Positions 17,171-24,915 of a stretch of 32,000 nucleotides of DNA are shown here, one piece after another. Position 1 is the stretch's first letter, and every line of letters begins with the position of its first letter. Made by a program: the position numbers and the translations under genes. The DNA comes from Alkanindiges sp. WGS2144 (GTDB taxonomy: Bacteria; Pseudomonadota; Gammaproteobacteria; Pseudomonadales; Moraxellaceae): assembly GCF_043950625.1 (NCBI RefSeq), contig NZ_CP171007.1; one strand, 5' to 3'. The notes beneath the pieces were generated by a model. The model searched no databases. It was not told the origin of the DNA and saw only the letters and a program-made list of their open reading frames with translations.

Positions 17171-17993
17171 ATGAAATATCAGAAATTAAACCGTTTTTCA
17201 GATTCTGAATTCAAGCGCTTGGTTGGTGTACCTCGACCAGTTTTTAGTGAAATGGTCGAAGTTTTAAAAGAAGCAGAATCACTTAAAAAGAAATCTGGGC
17301 GTCCTCATACTTTAGTTATAGAGGATCAATTATTATTAACACTCAATTACTTACGGAATTACAGCACTCAATTGGAATTGGCTGCAAATTACCATATCGC
17401 TGAAAGTAATGTGAATCGAACCATTAAAAAGGTTGAAGATGCATTAATGAAATCAAGGCGTTTTACCCTGCCAAAACGAAGCATTACCACAGCAAACGAA
17501 CAATTTAACTGGGTCATTATTGATGCTACAGAATGTTCAATAGAACGCCCGAAAAAAAAATCAGAGTAAGTTCTACAGTGGTAAAAAGAAGAAACATACG
17601 CTAAAAGCCCAAGTGATCTATCATCCGAAGAGTAAACAAATCATAGGAGTAGATATATCTTCTGGCAGTCAGCATGATATTAAATTGGCAAGAAAAACAG
17701 TAAAAAAATTCAAACATTTTGAATATGTTATGACCGATTTAGGGTACTATGGGTTAGAGCAAGATGGCTTTAAATTATTGATGCCAATAAAGAAAAAGAA
17801 GAATTTACCCTTATTTGATGTTGAGAAAAAGTACAATAAAATGATTGGAAAAATACGAGTTGTAATCGAACATATTAACAGTCAATTGAAAAGATTTAGA
17901 ATACTAAGTGAACGCTATCGAAATCGACGGAAAAGATTCGGTTTACGCATTAACTTAATCGCTGCACTGGTAAACCGGATGAACTTGCAATAA
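17171..17993 (+). CDS. IS5-family DDE transposase, split into two frames at an A9 run (17552-17560)
   Basis: ORF1 (17171-17569) ends ...IIDATECSIERPKKKSE*. The +1 frame is open from about 17550 and reads RKKNQSKFYSGKKKKHTLKAQV... through to 17993. The catalytic D (IIDATE) is in part 1; the second D (MTDLGY) and the E (VIEHINSQLKRF) are in part 2. Confidence 0.8.
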
Positions 17994-17995
17994 CG

Positions 17996-18013
17996 ACTTT
18001 CGCAAGAGGTCTA
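17996..18013 (+). repeat. IS right terminal inverted repeat
   Basis: ACTTTCGCAAGAGGTCTA is the exact reverse complement of 17129-17146. Confidence 0.85.
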
Positions 18014-18352
18014 TTTAATATTGCCTAATAATATCTTTATAAAAAATGCACAAAAAATATAGTCCTTTCGTCGGATTAAAAAATAAGCATTTTAAGTTTA
18101 AGCCATTGAATATTAATATTTAATTAAAATGAAATTAGAGCAATTATTCTAAAATATAGATTAAAAATTGATCGAGTCTTTACTCTATTTTATTTTTTAT
18201 ACCGGATGATATTGATGGTTAAAAAGAACAGGCAGATAAAAACACCAGAGTATTCCTCCATTGGTTTTTTAACTGATAAGGAGGGACAAACAGGAAATAT
18301 CCTGACGCTATTTTCACTGTTACAAAATAACCGCGCTTTAAGATAAATCCGC

Positions 18353-18358
18353 TATACT
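18353..18358 (+). promoter_or_regulatory. Candidate -10 box (TATACT) for ettA
   Basis: TATACT lies inside the 11-mer CGCTATACTAT, 119 nt upstream of the ettA GTG. I could not identify a convincing -35. Confidence 0.25.
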
Positions 18359-18476
18359 ATACGACAAATTTTTAGGCAGTCGAACTGGTTTGACTGCGCT
18401 TGCCTTTGTAATACATGCAAGAAAGTACCTATGCGGTAGCTTGTTTCTGCCGTCTGGCATATTTTAGGAGTCCTGT

Positions 18477-20138
18477 GTGGCCCAATATATTTATACCATG
18501 AACAAAGTATCCAAGATGGTTCCGCCCAAGCGCGAAATCCTCAAGGATATTTCGTTATCATTTTTTCCCGGTGCCAAGATTGGTGTACTGGGCTTAAACG
18601 GTGCTGGTAAATCCACCTTGCTGCGCATTATGGCAGGGGTGGATAAAGACTTTAACGGCGAGGCGCGTGCCCAGCCGGGCACTAAAATTGGTTATCTGGA
18701 GCAGGAACCGCCGTTAGATCCCAACAAGGATGTACGCGGTAATGTGGAAGATGGCCTGCGTGAACCTTTGGATGCACTGGCACGTCTGGATGAAGTATTT
18801 GCCGAATATGCAAGCGACAATGCCGATTTTGATGCACTGGCCAAAGAACAGGAAAAGCTGGAAGCGATTATTCAGACCTGGGATGCACATAACCTCAATA
18901 ACCAGATGGAACAAGCCGCTGATGCCTTGCGTCTGCCAGCCTGGGATGCGGATGTTAACAAATTGTCCGGTGGTGAGCGTCGACGTGTGGCGCTGTGTCG
19001 CCTGCTGTTATCGCGTCCTGATATGCTGTTGCTGGATGAGCCAACCAACCACCTGGATGCCGAGTCAGTGAGCTGGCTGGAACGTTTCTTGAAAGACTTT
19101 CCGGGCACCATTGTGGCGATCACCCACGACCGTTATTTCCTGGATAACGTCGCTGAGTGGATTTTGGAGCTGGATCGTGGCCATGGTATTCCGTATCAGG
19201 GCAATTATACCAACTGGCTGGAACAAAAGACTGCCCGTTTAGAGCAGGAGCAAAAGCAAGAAGAAGCCTTTGCCAAAGCCTTAAAGCACGAGCTGGAATG
19301 GGTACGCAAAAATGCCAAAGGTCAGCAGGCGAAATCCAAGGCGCGTATAGAGCGTTTTGAGGAGTTGAACTCCCGTGAGTTCCAGCAGCGTAACGAAACT
19401 GCCGAGATTTATATTCCACCCGGTCCGCGTCTTGGTAATAAAGTCATTGAGGTGGAAAACATCAGCAAGTCCTTTGGTGACCGCCTGCTGTATGAAAACC
19501 TCAGCTTTAGCGTACCACCGACTGCTATTGTGGGTATTGTCGGGCCAAACGGTGCCGGTAAAACCACATTATTCCGCATGATTACGGGTGAGCAACAACC
19601 GGATACCGGTACGGTCACTGTGGGTGATACGGTTAAAGTCGCTTACGTTGGCCAGATCCGTGACACACTGGATGATAAAAAAACCGTGTGGGAAGAAGTA
19701 TCTGATGGACTGGACATGATCACCATTGGTGATTATGAAACCCCATCACGGGCTTATATTGGTCGCTTTAACTTTAAAGGGCAAGATCAGCAAAAACGCG
19801 TTGGTGAGTTATCCGGTGGTGAGCGTAATCGCCTGCAACTGGCCAAAACCCTGCGTCAGGGTGCTAACGTGATCCTGCTTGATGAGCCCTCTAACGATCT
19901 GGACGTTGAGACCCTGCGTGCCCTGGAGGAAGCCATTCAGGTGTTCCCCGGCTGTGTGCTAGTTGTGTCGCATGATCGCTGGTTCCTTGACCGGATCGCC
20001 ACGCATATTCTGGCGTTTGAAGATGAAGGCCCGCAGTGGTTTGATGGTAACTACTCTGAGTATGAAGTTTACCGTAAAAAGACTTTGGGCGATGAGGCCA
20101 GACCCAAGCGTGCCAAATACAAAAAAATTGGCGGCTAG
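18477..20138 (+). CDS. ettA: Energy-dependent translational throttle ABC-F ATPase EttA
   Basis: MAQYIYTMNKVSKMVPPKR matches the E. coli EttA N-terminus. There are two ABC cassettes (GLNGAGKST/LSGGERRRVAL and GPNGAGKTT/LSGGERNRLQL). The GTG start has AGGAG about 8 nt upstream. Confidence 0.92.
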   Translation: MAQYIYTMNKVSKMVPPKREILKDISLSFFPGAKIGVLGLNGAGKSTLLRIMAGVDKDFNGEARAQPGTKIGYLEQEPPLDPNKDVRGNVEDGLREPLDALARLDEVFAEYASDNADFDALAKEQEKLEAIIQTWDAHNLNNQMEQAADALRLPAWDADVNKLSGGERRRVALCRLLLSRPDMLLLDEPTNHLDAESVSWLERFLKDFPGTIVAITHDRYFLDNVAEWILELDRGHGIPYQGNYTNWLEQKTARLEQEQKQEEAFAKALKHELEWVRKNAKGQQAKSKARIERFEELNSREFQQRNETAEIYIPPGPRLGNKVIEVENISKSFGDRLLYENLSFSVPPTAIVGIVGPNGAGKTTLFRMITGEQQPDTGTVTVGDTVKVAYVGQIRDTLDDKKTVWEEVSDGLDMITIGDYETPSRAYIGRFNFKGQDQQKRVGELSGGERNRLQLAKTLRQGANVILLDEPSNDLDVETLRALEEAIQVFPGCVLVVSHDRWFLDRIATHILAFEDEGPQWFDGNYSEYEVYRKKTLGDEARPKRAKYKKIGG

Positions 20139-20177
20139 CAGCCAAGCCACTTTCTGCTATTTGTAATCAGCTTTACC

Positions 20178-20205
20178 AAAACCTCAGCTTAGGCTGGGGT
20201 TTTTT
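20178..20205 (+). terminator. Rho-independent terminator of ettA
   Basis: AAAACCTCAGC-TTAG-GCTGGGGTTTT followed by a T-run, 40 nt after the stop. Confidence 0.8.
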
Positions 20206-20324
20206 AATGCTTGGTCAGATGATGTAAACAAATACTGTATTTTTCTGACAAAAGATAAGCGGTCATTATTTACCTGTTATTTAGCCTATACTGAGATTCA
20301 GGTAGAATATTTAAAGGTATAACA

Positions 20325-20747
20325 ATGAACACCTTAACTTTACATAAACCAAGGCTGGTATATATCACTGCATTAAGCTTACTGTTGGGAGGCGCGTTGT
20401 TCTCGGGTGCCAGCCATGCTGCTACTCCGTTGTCTGATACCGCCTTAAGCCAGGAAACTGAAACCAATCATTCAGAACTTGATGTACCAGATGTACTTGA
20501 TTGTGATAAAGATATGCGCAAGGCAGAATGCAATCGCCTGCAATATGAAAACTATGCCAATCAAACTGATCGCTCTTATAACGAGTTTTTGAAAAACGAA
20601 ACCAATAATCCGCTGCGTAACCGCATCATTAAGCAGCCTTTACTTACTCAGCCGCTGGAAAAATCTAGTCCCACGCCGGAGCAACGTCCCAATTTGCCGG
20701 ATTTAATCAATAGGCCGCAGTTGCCTGCTTTGCCACCTGAACGTTAG
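20325..20747 (+). CDS. Secreted hypothetical protein (140 aa) with a Pro-rich C-terminus
   Basis: AAAGG RBS. The signal peptide is MNTLTLHKPRLVYITALSLLLGGALFSGASHA|AT. The mature part has two Cys residues and a PxxP-rich tail. I recognise no family. Confidence 0.6.
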   Translation: MNTLTLHKPRLVYITALSLLLGGALFSGASHAATPLSDTALSQETETNHSELDVPDVLDCDKDMRKAECNRLQYENYANQTDRSYNEFLKNETNNPLRNRIIKQPLLTQPLEKSSPTPEQRPNLPDLINRPQLPALPPER

Positions 20748-20839
20748 TATTTAATTCATACAAGATAACGCCAGGTTCGAAAGAGCAAGTGTCATTAAAA
20801 AACATCAAATAAGGCATAGCTTTTTTAAATGCGCAGCGC

Positions 20840-20845
20840 TATACT
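20840..20845 (+). promoter_or_regulatory. Candidate -10 box (TATACT) for the DEAD-box helicase gene
   Basis: It carries the same CGCTATACTAT 11-mer seen upstream of ettA. If used, it implies a 5' UTR of about 270 nt. The -35 is weak. Confidence 0.25.
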
Positions 20846-21123
20846 ATGCCACGCACTTTTTTCCGTTCATCGCCTGAACAACATATTATCTACGATTGCG
20901 CGTTTACAGTCCTCAGGATGACTATTCCTCGCGCCTCATCTGGTGTCAGTATTCACTGACCATCTTTTTTCAGGCTGCTGCCGTAAGCTTTCGTGCGTAT
21001 GACTGCATCGACTTTTTGAGCTTAAGAAGCCCCGCTGACATGAGTCAGCCAATGTGCTTTGCTGCCTGATGCCGATGTCTACTGTATGATTTTATTGGAG
21101 CGCCCAAACGGGCGAGACTCTCT

Positions 21124-22851
21124 ATGAGCAAAACTTTTGCTGATTTTCCTTTAGCTGAACAATATCAAAAAGCACTTGCCGATCTAGGCTTTACCGCGCC
21201 TACTCCTGTACAGGAAGCTGCTGTCCCAGCTGCGCTGGAAGGTAAAGATCTGCTGGTGTCTAGCCAGACTGGTTCTGGTAAAACGGTTGCCTTTTTATTG
21301 CCAACCTTGAATCCACTGGCAGAAACCAGCCAGTTACAGTCTGTTAAAGACCGCATAAAAGCCATGCCAGCACCACAATTGCTGGTATTATGCCCAACCC
21401 GTGAACTGGCTCAACAGGTGAGTCAGGATGCCATTGCCCTGGTACGTCATGTACGCGGCCTGCGTATTGCCAATATTGTAGGTGGCATGCCATTTGGTAA
21501 ACAAATTGCCCAGCTACGTGGTGCCCAAGTCGTCGTGGCTACGCCAGGCCGTTTGCTGGATCTGGTTAATCGCCGCCAACTGACGCTGGGTCAGGTCGAT
21601 GCGCTAGTAGTGGACGAAGCGGATCGCATGCTCGATCTGGGCTTTTCTGAAGATCTGGAAGCCATTAGTGATCTGGCGGGTAACCGTAAGCAAACGCTGA
21701 TGTTCTCAGCCACATTTGCTGACCGTATTATCCGCCTGGCCGAAAAAATGATGAATGAGCCTGAGCGTATTGCGATTGAAACTGGCTCGACCACGAATGT
21801 TGATATTGAACAGACCCTGCACTGGACAGATGGTTTTGAGCACAAGAAAAAGTTGCTGGCTCACTGGTTGAGCGACGAAACCATGGATCAGGCCGTGGTA
21901 TTTGCCAGCACTCAGGAAGATACCGACCTGCTGGCCGAAGAACTGGCCGAAGCTGGTCATCAGGTCGTGGCACTACATGGTGCCATGCCGCAAACTGTGC
22001 GTAACCGCCGGATCAAAAGCCTGCGTGAAGGGCGTGCCCGTGTATTGGTTGCAACCGATGTAGCAGCTCGTGGTCTTGATGTACCCGCCATTAGCCATGT
22101 CATTAACTTTGGCCTGCCCATGAAAAACGAAGACTACGTACATCGCATTGGTCGTACCGGTCGTGCGGGTCGTAGTGGACGAGCCATTACTCTGGCGATG
22201 CACCGTGAACGCGGCAAGATTCGTAGTCTGGAAGAATATCTGGACGCACGTCTGGCAGTAAGCGTCATTGAAGGTCTAGAGCCAAGTCCACCGCCAGAGC
22301 GCCCACGCCGCAATGGCCGTAGCTATGATAATAATGGTCGTCGCCAGCGCGGTAATGACCGTAATGACCGCTTCTCTGGTGAGCGTAGCCGTCGTGGCTT
22401 TGAGGGCGAGCGTAACTTTAACAAGCGTGACGATCAGGCACCACGTGGCAGTTTTAATCGCGAAGGCGGTTTTAATCAGTCCGATCGCCCGGCTCGTCCG
22501 TTTCGTGATGCAGCTGCCGGTGAGCGTCGTCCATTTAACCGTGACGGTGGCGAGCGTCGTAGCTTTGGTAATGATGACAACCGTGGCAACCGGGTGGATT
22601 ACCGTAGTGACCGTCCAGCGCGTCCTTATGCAGACCGTTCATTTGCCGATAAGGGTTTTGGTGGCGAACGCCGTCCATTTAACCGCGATGGTGGCGAGCT
22701 GCGTGCGCGTCGCGAGTTCGGCAGTGAACGCAGTTTTGGTGGTGAACGCAGCTTTGGCGGCGAGCGTACACCGCATGTTGAGCGTAAAACCCGCCGCTTT
22801 AAAGAGCAGGCTTTTGCCAATAAGCCACGTGCTTATAACCACGAAGACTAA
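21124..22851 (+). CDS. rhlE: DEAD-box ATP-dependent RNA helicase, RhlE-like, with a ~195-aa Arg/Gly/Asp/Phe-rich C-terminal extension
   Basis: Q-motif (FTAPTPVQ), motif I SQTGSGKT, PTRELA, DEAD (VVDEADRM), SAT, and HRIGRTGRAG. The tail after about aa 385 is low-complexity GER/RGG-like. Confidence 0.88.
   Translation: MSKTFADFPLAEQYQKALADLGFTAPTPVQEAAVPAALEGKDLLVSSQTGSGKTVAFLLPTLNPLAETSQLQSVKDRIKAMPAPQLLVLCPTRELAQQVSQDAIALVRHVRGLRIANIVGGMPFGKQIAQLRGAQVVVATPGRLLDLVNRRQLTLGQVDALVVDEADRMLDLGFSEDLEAISDLAGNRKQTLMFSATFADRIIRLAEKMMNEPERIAIETGSTTNVDIEQTLHWTDGFEHKKKLLAHWLSDETMDQAVVFASTQEDTDLLAEELAEAGHQVVALHGAMPQTVRNRRIKSLREGRARVLVATDVAARGLDVPAISHVINFGLPMKNEDYVHRIGRTGRAGRSGRAITLAMHRERGKIRSLEEYLDARLAVSVIEGLEPSPPPERPRRNGRSYDNNGRRQRGNDRNDRFSGERSRRGFEGERNFNKRDDQAPRGSFNREGGFNQSDRPARPFRDAAAGERRPFNRDGGERRSFGNDDNRGNRVDYRSDRPARPYADRSFADKGFGGERRPFNRDGGELRARREFGSERSFGGERSFGGERTPHVERKTRRFKEQAFANKPRAYNHED
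22480..22722 (+). repeat. Internal protein-level duplication in the helicase tail (SDRPARP[FY]...GERRPFNRDGGE, twice)
   Basis: Unit 1 starts at 22480 and unit 2 at 22606. The amino acids are conserved while most codons differ synonymously. Confidence 0.75.
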
Positions 22852-22910
22852 AACTTTGCCAACCCGGACTGTAATGGTTCATGCTATGGGTTAAGTGCCT
22901 AGTTTTTAGG

Positions 22911-22943
22911 GAGCCGGACGAATGTGATCCGGCTCTTTTATTT
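22911..22943 (+). terminator. Rho-independent terminator of the helicase gene
   Basis: GAGCCGGA-N9-TCCGGCTC followed by TTTTATTT. Confidence 0.8.
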
Positions 22944-23009
22944 CTGTAATTTGTGCCTGATTCGTGTACGATAAGCGACCTGACAAGATGGCTTAGAAAG
23001 GAATAAAAA

Positions 23010-23159
23010 ATGCCTTATCTGTTTGTTTTTTTGGTGGGCCTGAATGCAGTATATCTGGGTTTTCAGTTGCTTAAGGAAAAGGAGCCTTCTGTATTGCCAG
23101 AATTTCATGTTCAGCAGGCAGAAGTATACCCTGAAACCATAGAGCTGGTTGCCAAATAA
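23010..23159 (+). CDS. Candidate small membrane protein (49 aa), below the track's size cutoff
   Basis: The ATG is preceded by AAAGGAA about 7 nt upstream. The translation is MPYLFVFLVGLNAVYLGFQLLKEKEPSVLPEFHVQQAEVYPETIELVAK, with one N-terminal hydrophobic helix and an acidic tail. It lies between the helicase terminator and the mla operon. Confidence 0.35.
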   Translation: MPYLFVFLVGLNAVYLGFQLLKEKEPSVLPEFHVQQAEVYPETIELVAK

Positions 23160-23281
23160 GCACCTGTCTATAGATTAAATGTGCGTGTTATCGAACAAAA
23201 GCGCTACGTTGACTCCTTATAGTGCTGGCTAAAGTATGCTAGAGTTCTTTTTTTAATATTTTGTTACGGATTGTGGTGCGC

Positions 23282-24139
23282 ATGGCCGAGGCAAAAAATC
23301 AGACACAAAATTCGAAAAATTTAATGAATGATCCATTAATTGAAGTCAAAGACCTGGTTTTTTACCGTGCTGAACGTCCTATTTATAATGGCGTTAATAT
23401 GCAGTTTCAGCGTGGAAAAATCACCGGGATCATGGGGCCCTCCGGCACTGGCAAAACCACTTTGCTGCGCCTGATTGGTGGACAGTTAACGCCTGACAGC
23501 GGTGAAGTATTGTTTGAAGGCAGAAATGTCAGTCGCATGAGCCGGCATGAATTGTTTAAGACCCGCTCCCGTATGGGCATGCTGTTTCAAAGCGGGGCTT
23601 TATTTACCGATATGACTGTCTATGAAAATGTGGCATTTCCCTTGCGGGCACATACCCGTTTGCCCGAAAATTTAATTGGTGAACTGGTCGGATTAAAACT
23701 GGAGGCTGTTGGTTTGCGGGGTACTGAGCAGCTAATGCCTTCGGAGCTATCTGGGGGTATGAACCGCCGTGTTGCGCTGGCACGTGCCATTGCGCTTGAT
23801 CCCGACCTGATTATGTATGATGAACCTTTTGCCGGACAGGATCCCATCGTTATGGGCGTCTTAACCCGTTTGATCCGTACCCTGCGTGAGGCGTTGGGCT
23901 TGACCACCATTATTGTGTCGCATGATGTGGATGAAACCCTGTCGATTGCTGACTACGTGTATGTGGTTGCTGAAGGACAGGTGATGGGTGAGGGCACGCC
24001 TGAGCAGCTCAGAGCGTCACCATCTGCCTTTGTGCAGCAGTTCCTGAATGGTTATGCCGAAGGCCCGGTTGAATTTCAGTACAGCCAGACTCCCTATTTA
24101 CAGGTAACAGGTGCACAGACCGGGGGAGGAAAGCAGTGA
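23282..24139 (+). CDS. mlaF: Phospholipid ABC transporter ATPase MlaF
   Basis: [30 protein letters not shown]; first gene of an mlaFEDCB-ordered cluster. The start is uncertain (ATG 23282 preferred; TTG 23261 and ATG 23324 are possible). Confidence 0.88.
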   Translation: MAEAKNQTQNSKNLMNDPLIEVKDLVFYRAERPIYNGVNMQFQRGKITGIMGPSGTGKTTLLRLIGGQLTPDSGEVLFEGRNVSRMSRHELFKTRSRMGMLFQSGALFTDMTVYENVAFPLRAHTRLPENLIGELVGLKLEAVGLRGTEQLMPSELSGGMNRRVALARAIALDPDLIMYDEPFAGQDPIVMGVLTRLIRTLREALGLTTIIVSHDVDETLSIADYVYVVAEGQVMGEGTPEQLRASPSAFVQQFLNGYAEGPVEFQYSQTPYLQVTGAQTGGGKQ

Positions 24140-24915
24140 ATCCAGTGCAACAACTAGGCCGTGCTGTCATTGAACGCGTCACCGGCATAGGTGCAGCGGC
24201 GTTACTTTTATTGCGTACCCTGCTGATTGTTCCATCCCTGCGCGGTTTTGGCTTGTTTGTCGAGCAAATGTACCGTGTGGGTGTCATGTCGCTGCTGATC
24301 ATTTCTGTATCCGGGCTGTTTATTGGTCTGGTGCTGGGCTTACAGTTATATTCCATTTTGATCCGCTTTGGCAGCGAGTCCATGCTGGGCACCGGGGTAT
24401 CCTTAACCTTGCTGCGCGAGCTTGGCCCGGTGGTTGCGGCTTTACTGTTTGCCGGGCGCGCGGGTTCGGCGCTTACTGCTGAGATTGGCCTGATGAAAGC
24501 CACCGAGCAGTTATCCAGCATGGAAATGATCGGGGTTGATCCCTTGCGCCGTATTGTGGCACCACGGTTATGGGCGGGAATTGTGAGCCTGCCTTTACTG
24601 GCGATTATTTTTTCTGCCATTGGTATTTTAGGCGGCAAGTTTGTTGGTGTGGACTGGTTAGGCGTGGATGAGGGTTCATTCTGGTCCAGTATGCAGGCCA
24701 GCGTGGGCTTTGCTGAGGACATTGGCAATGGCATTATTAAAAGCATTGTGTTTGCCGTGGTTTGTACCTGGATTGCGGTGTATCAGGGTTATGCCTGTAC
24801 CCCGACCTCGGAAGGTATTTCCACGGCCACCACCCGTACTGTAGTTTATTCGTCCCTGTGTGTACTGGGGCTTGATTTTGTTCTGACTGCGGTCATGTTC
24901 GGAGGATTGTCATGA
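24136..24915 (+). CDS. mlaE: Phospholipid ABC transporter permease MlaE
   Basis: The polytopic membrane ORF has [27 protein letters not shown], typical of MlaE. Its GTG start overlaps the mlaF stop (GTGA). Confidence 0.9.
   Translation: MNPVQQLGRAVIERVTGIGAAALLLLRTLLIVPSLRGFGLFVEQMYRVGVMSLLIISVSGLFIGLVLGLQLYSILIRFGSESMLGTGVSLTLLRELGPVVAALLFAGRAGSALTAEIGLMKATEQLSSMEMIGVDPLRRIVAPRLWAGIVSLPLLAIIFSAIGILGGKFVGVDWLGVDEGSFWSSMQASVGFAEDIGNGIIKSIVFAVVCTWIAVYQGYACTPTSEGISTATTRTVVYSSLCVLGLDFVLTAVMFGGLS

Larger units (their letters stand above)
17129..18013 (+). mobile_element. Complete IS5-family insertion sequence (~0.88 kb, IS427/ISL2-size class)
   Basis: Perfect 18-bp terminal inverted repeats; the outer TA on each side may instead be a TA target duplication, making the element 17131-18011. 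The interior encodes an HTH plus DDE transposase. The element is markedly more AT-rich than its flanks. Confidence 0.85.

Noticed and set aside
18206-18346. 46-aa ORF (MILMVKKNRQIKTPEYSSIGF...) in the AT-rich spacer before ettA
   Set aside because: It has no Shine-Dalgarno sequence, runs through the candidate ettA promoter, and has an unremarkable composition. It is likely fortuitous.
18415-18501. 28-codon uORF overlapping the ettA start out of frame (a leader-peptide idea, by analogy with resistance ABC-F genes)
   Set aside because: It has no RBS. EttA is a housekeeping ABC-F protein not known to use leader-peptide attenuation, and no terminator/antiterminator pair is evident.
22313-22894. 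193-aa alternative-frame ORF over the helicase tail, plus two antisense ORFs at 22626-22842
   Set aside because: These are products of the repetitive CGT/GGT/GAG-rich tail, which lacks stop codons in several frames. The Val/Ala/Thr-rich translation has no start signals, and the helicase frame is continuous with the conserved core.
24009-24746. 245-aa ORF antisense to mlaF/mlaE
   Set aside because: It lies fully inside strongly recognisable mlaE coding sequence on the other strand. It has no RBS, and its Pro/Ser/Thr/Arg-rich composition is typical of a shadow ORF.
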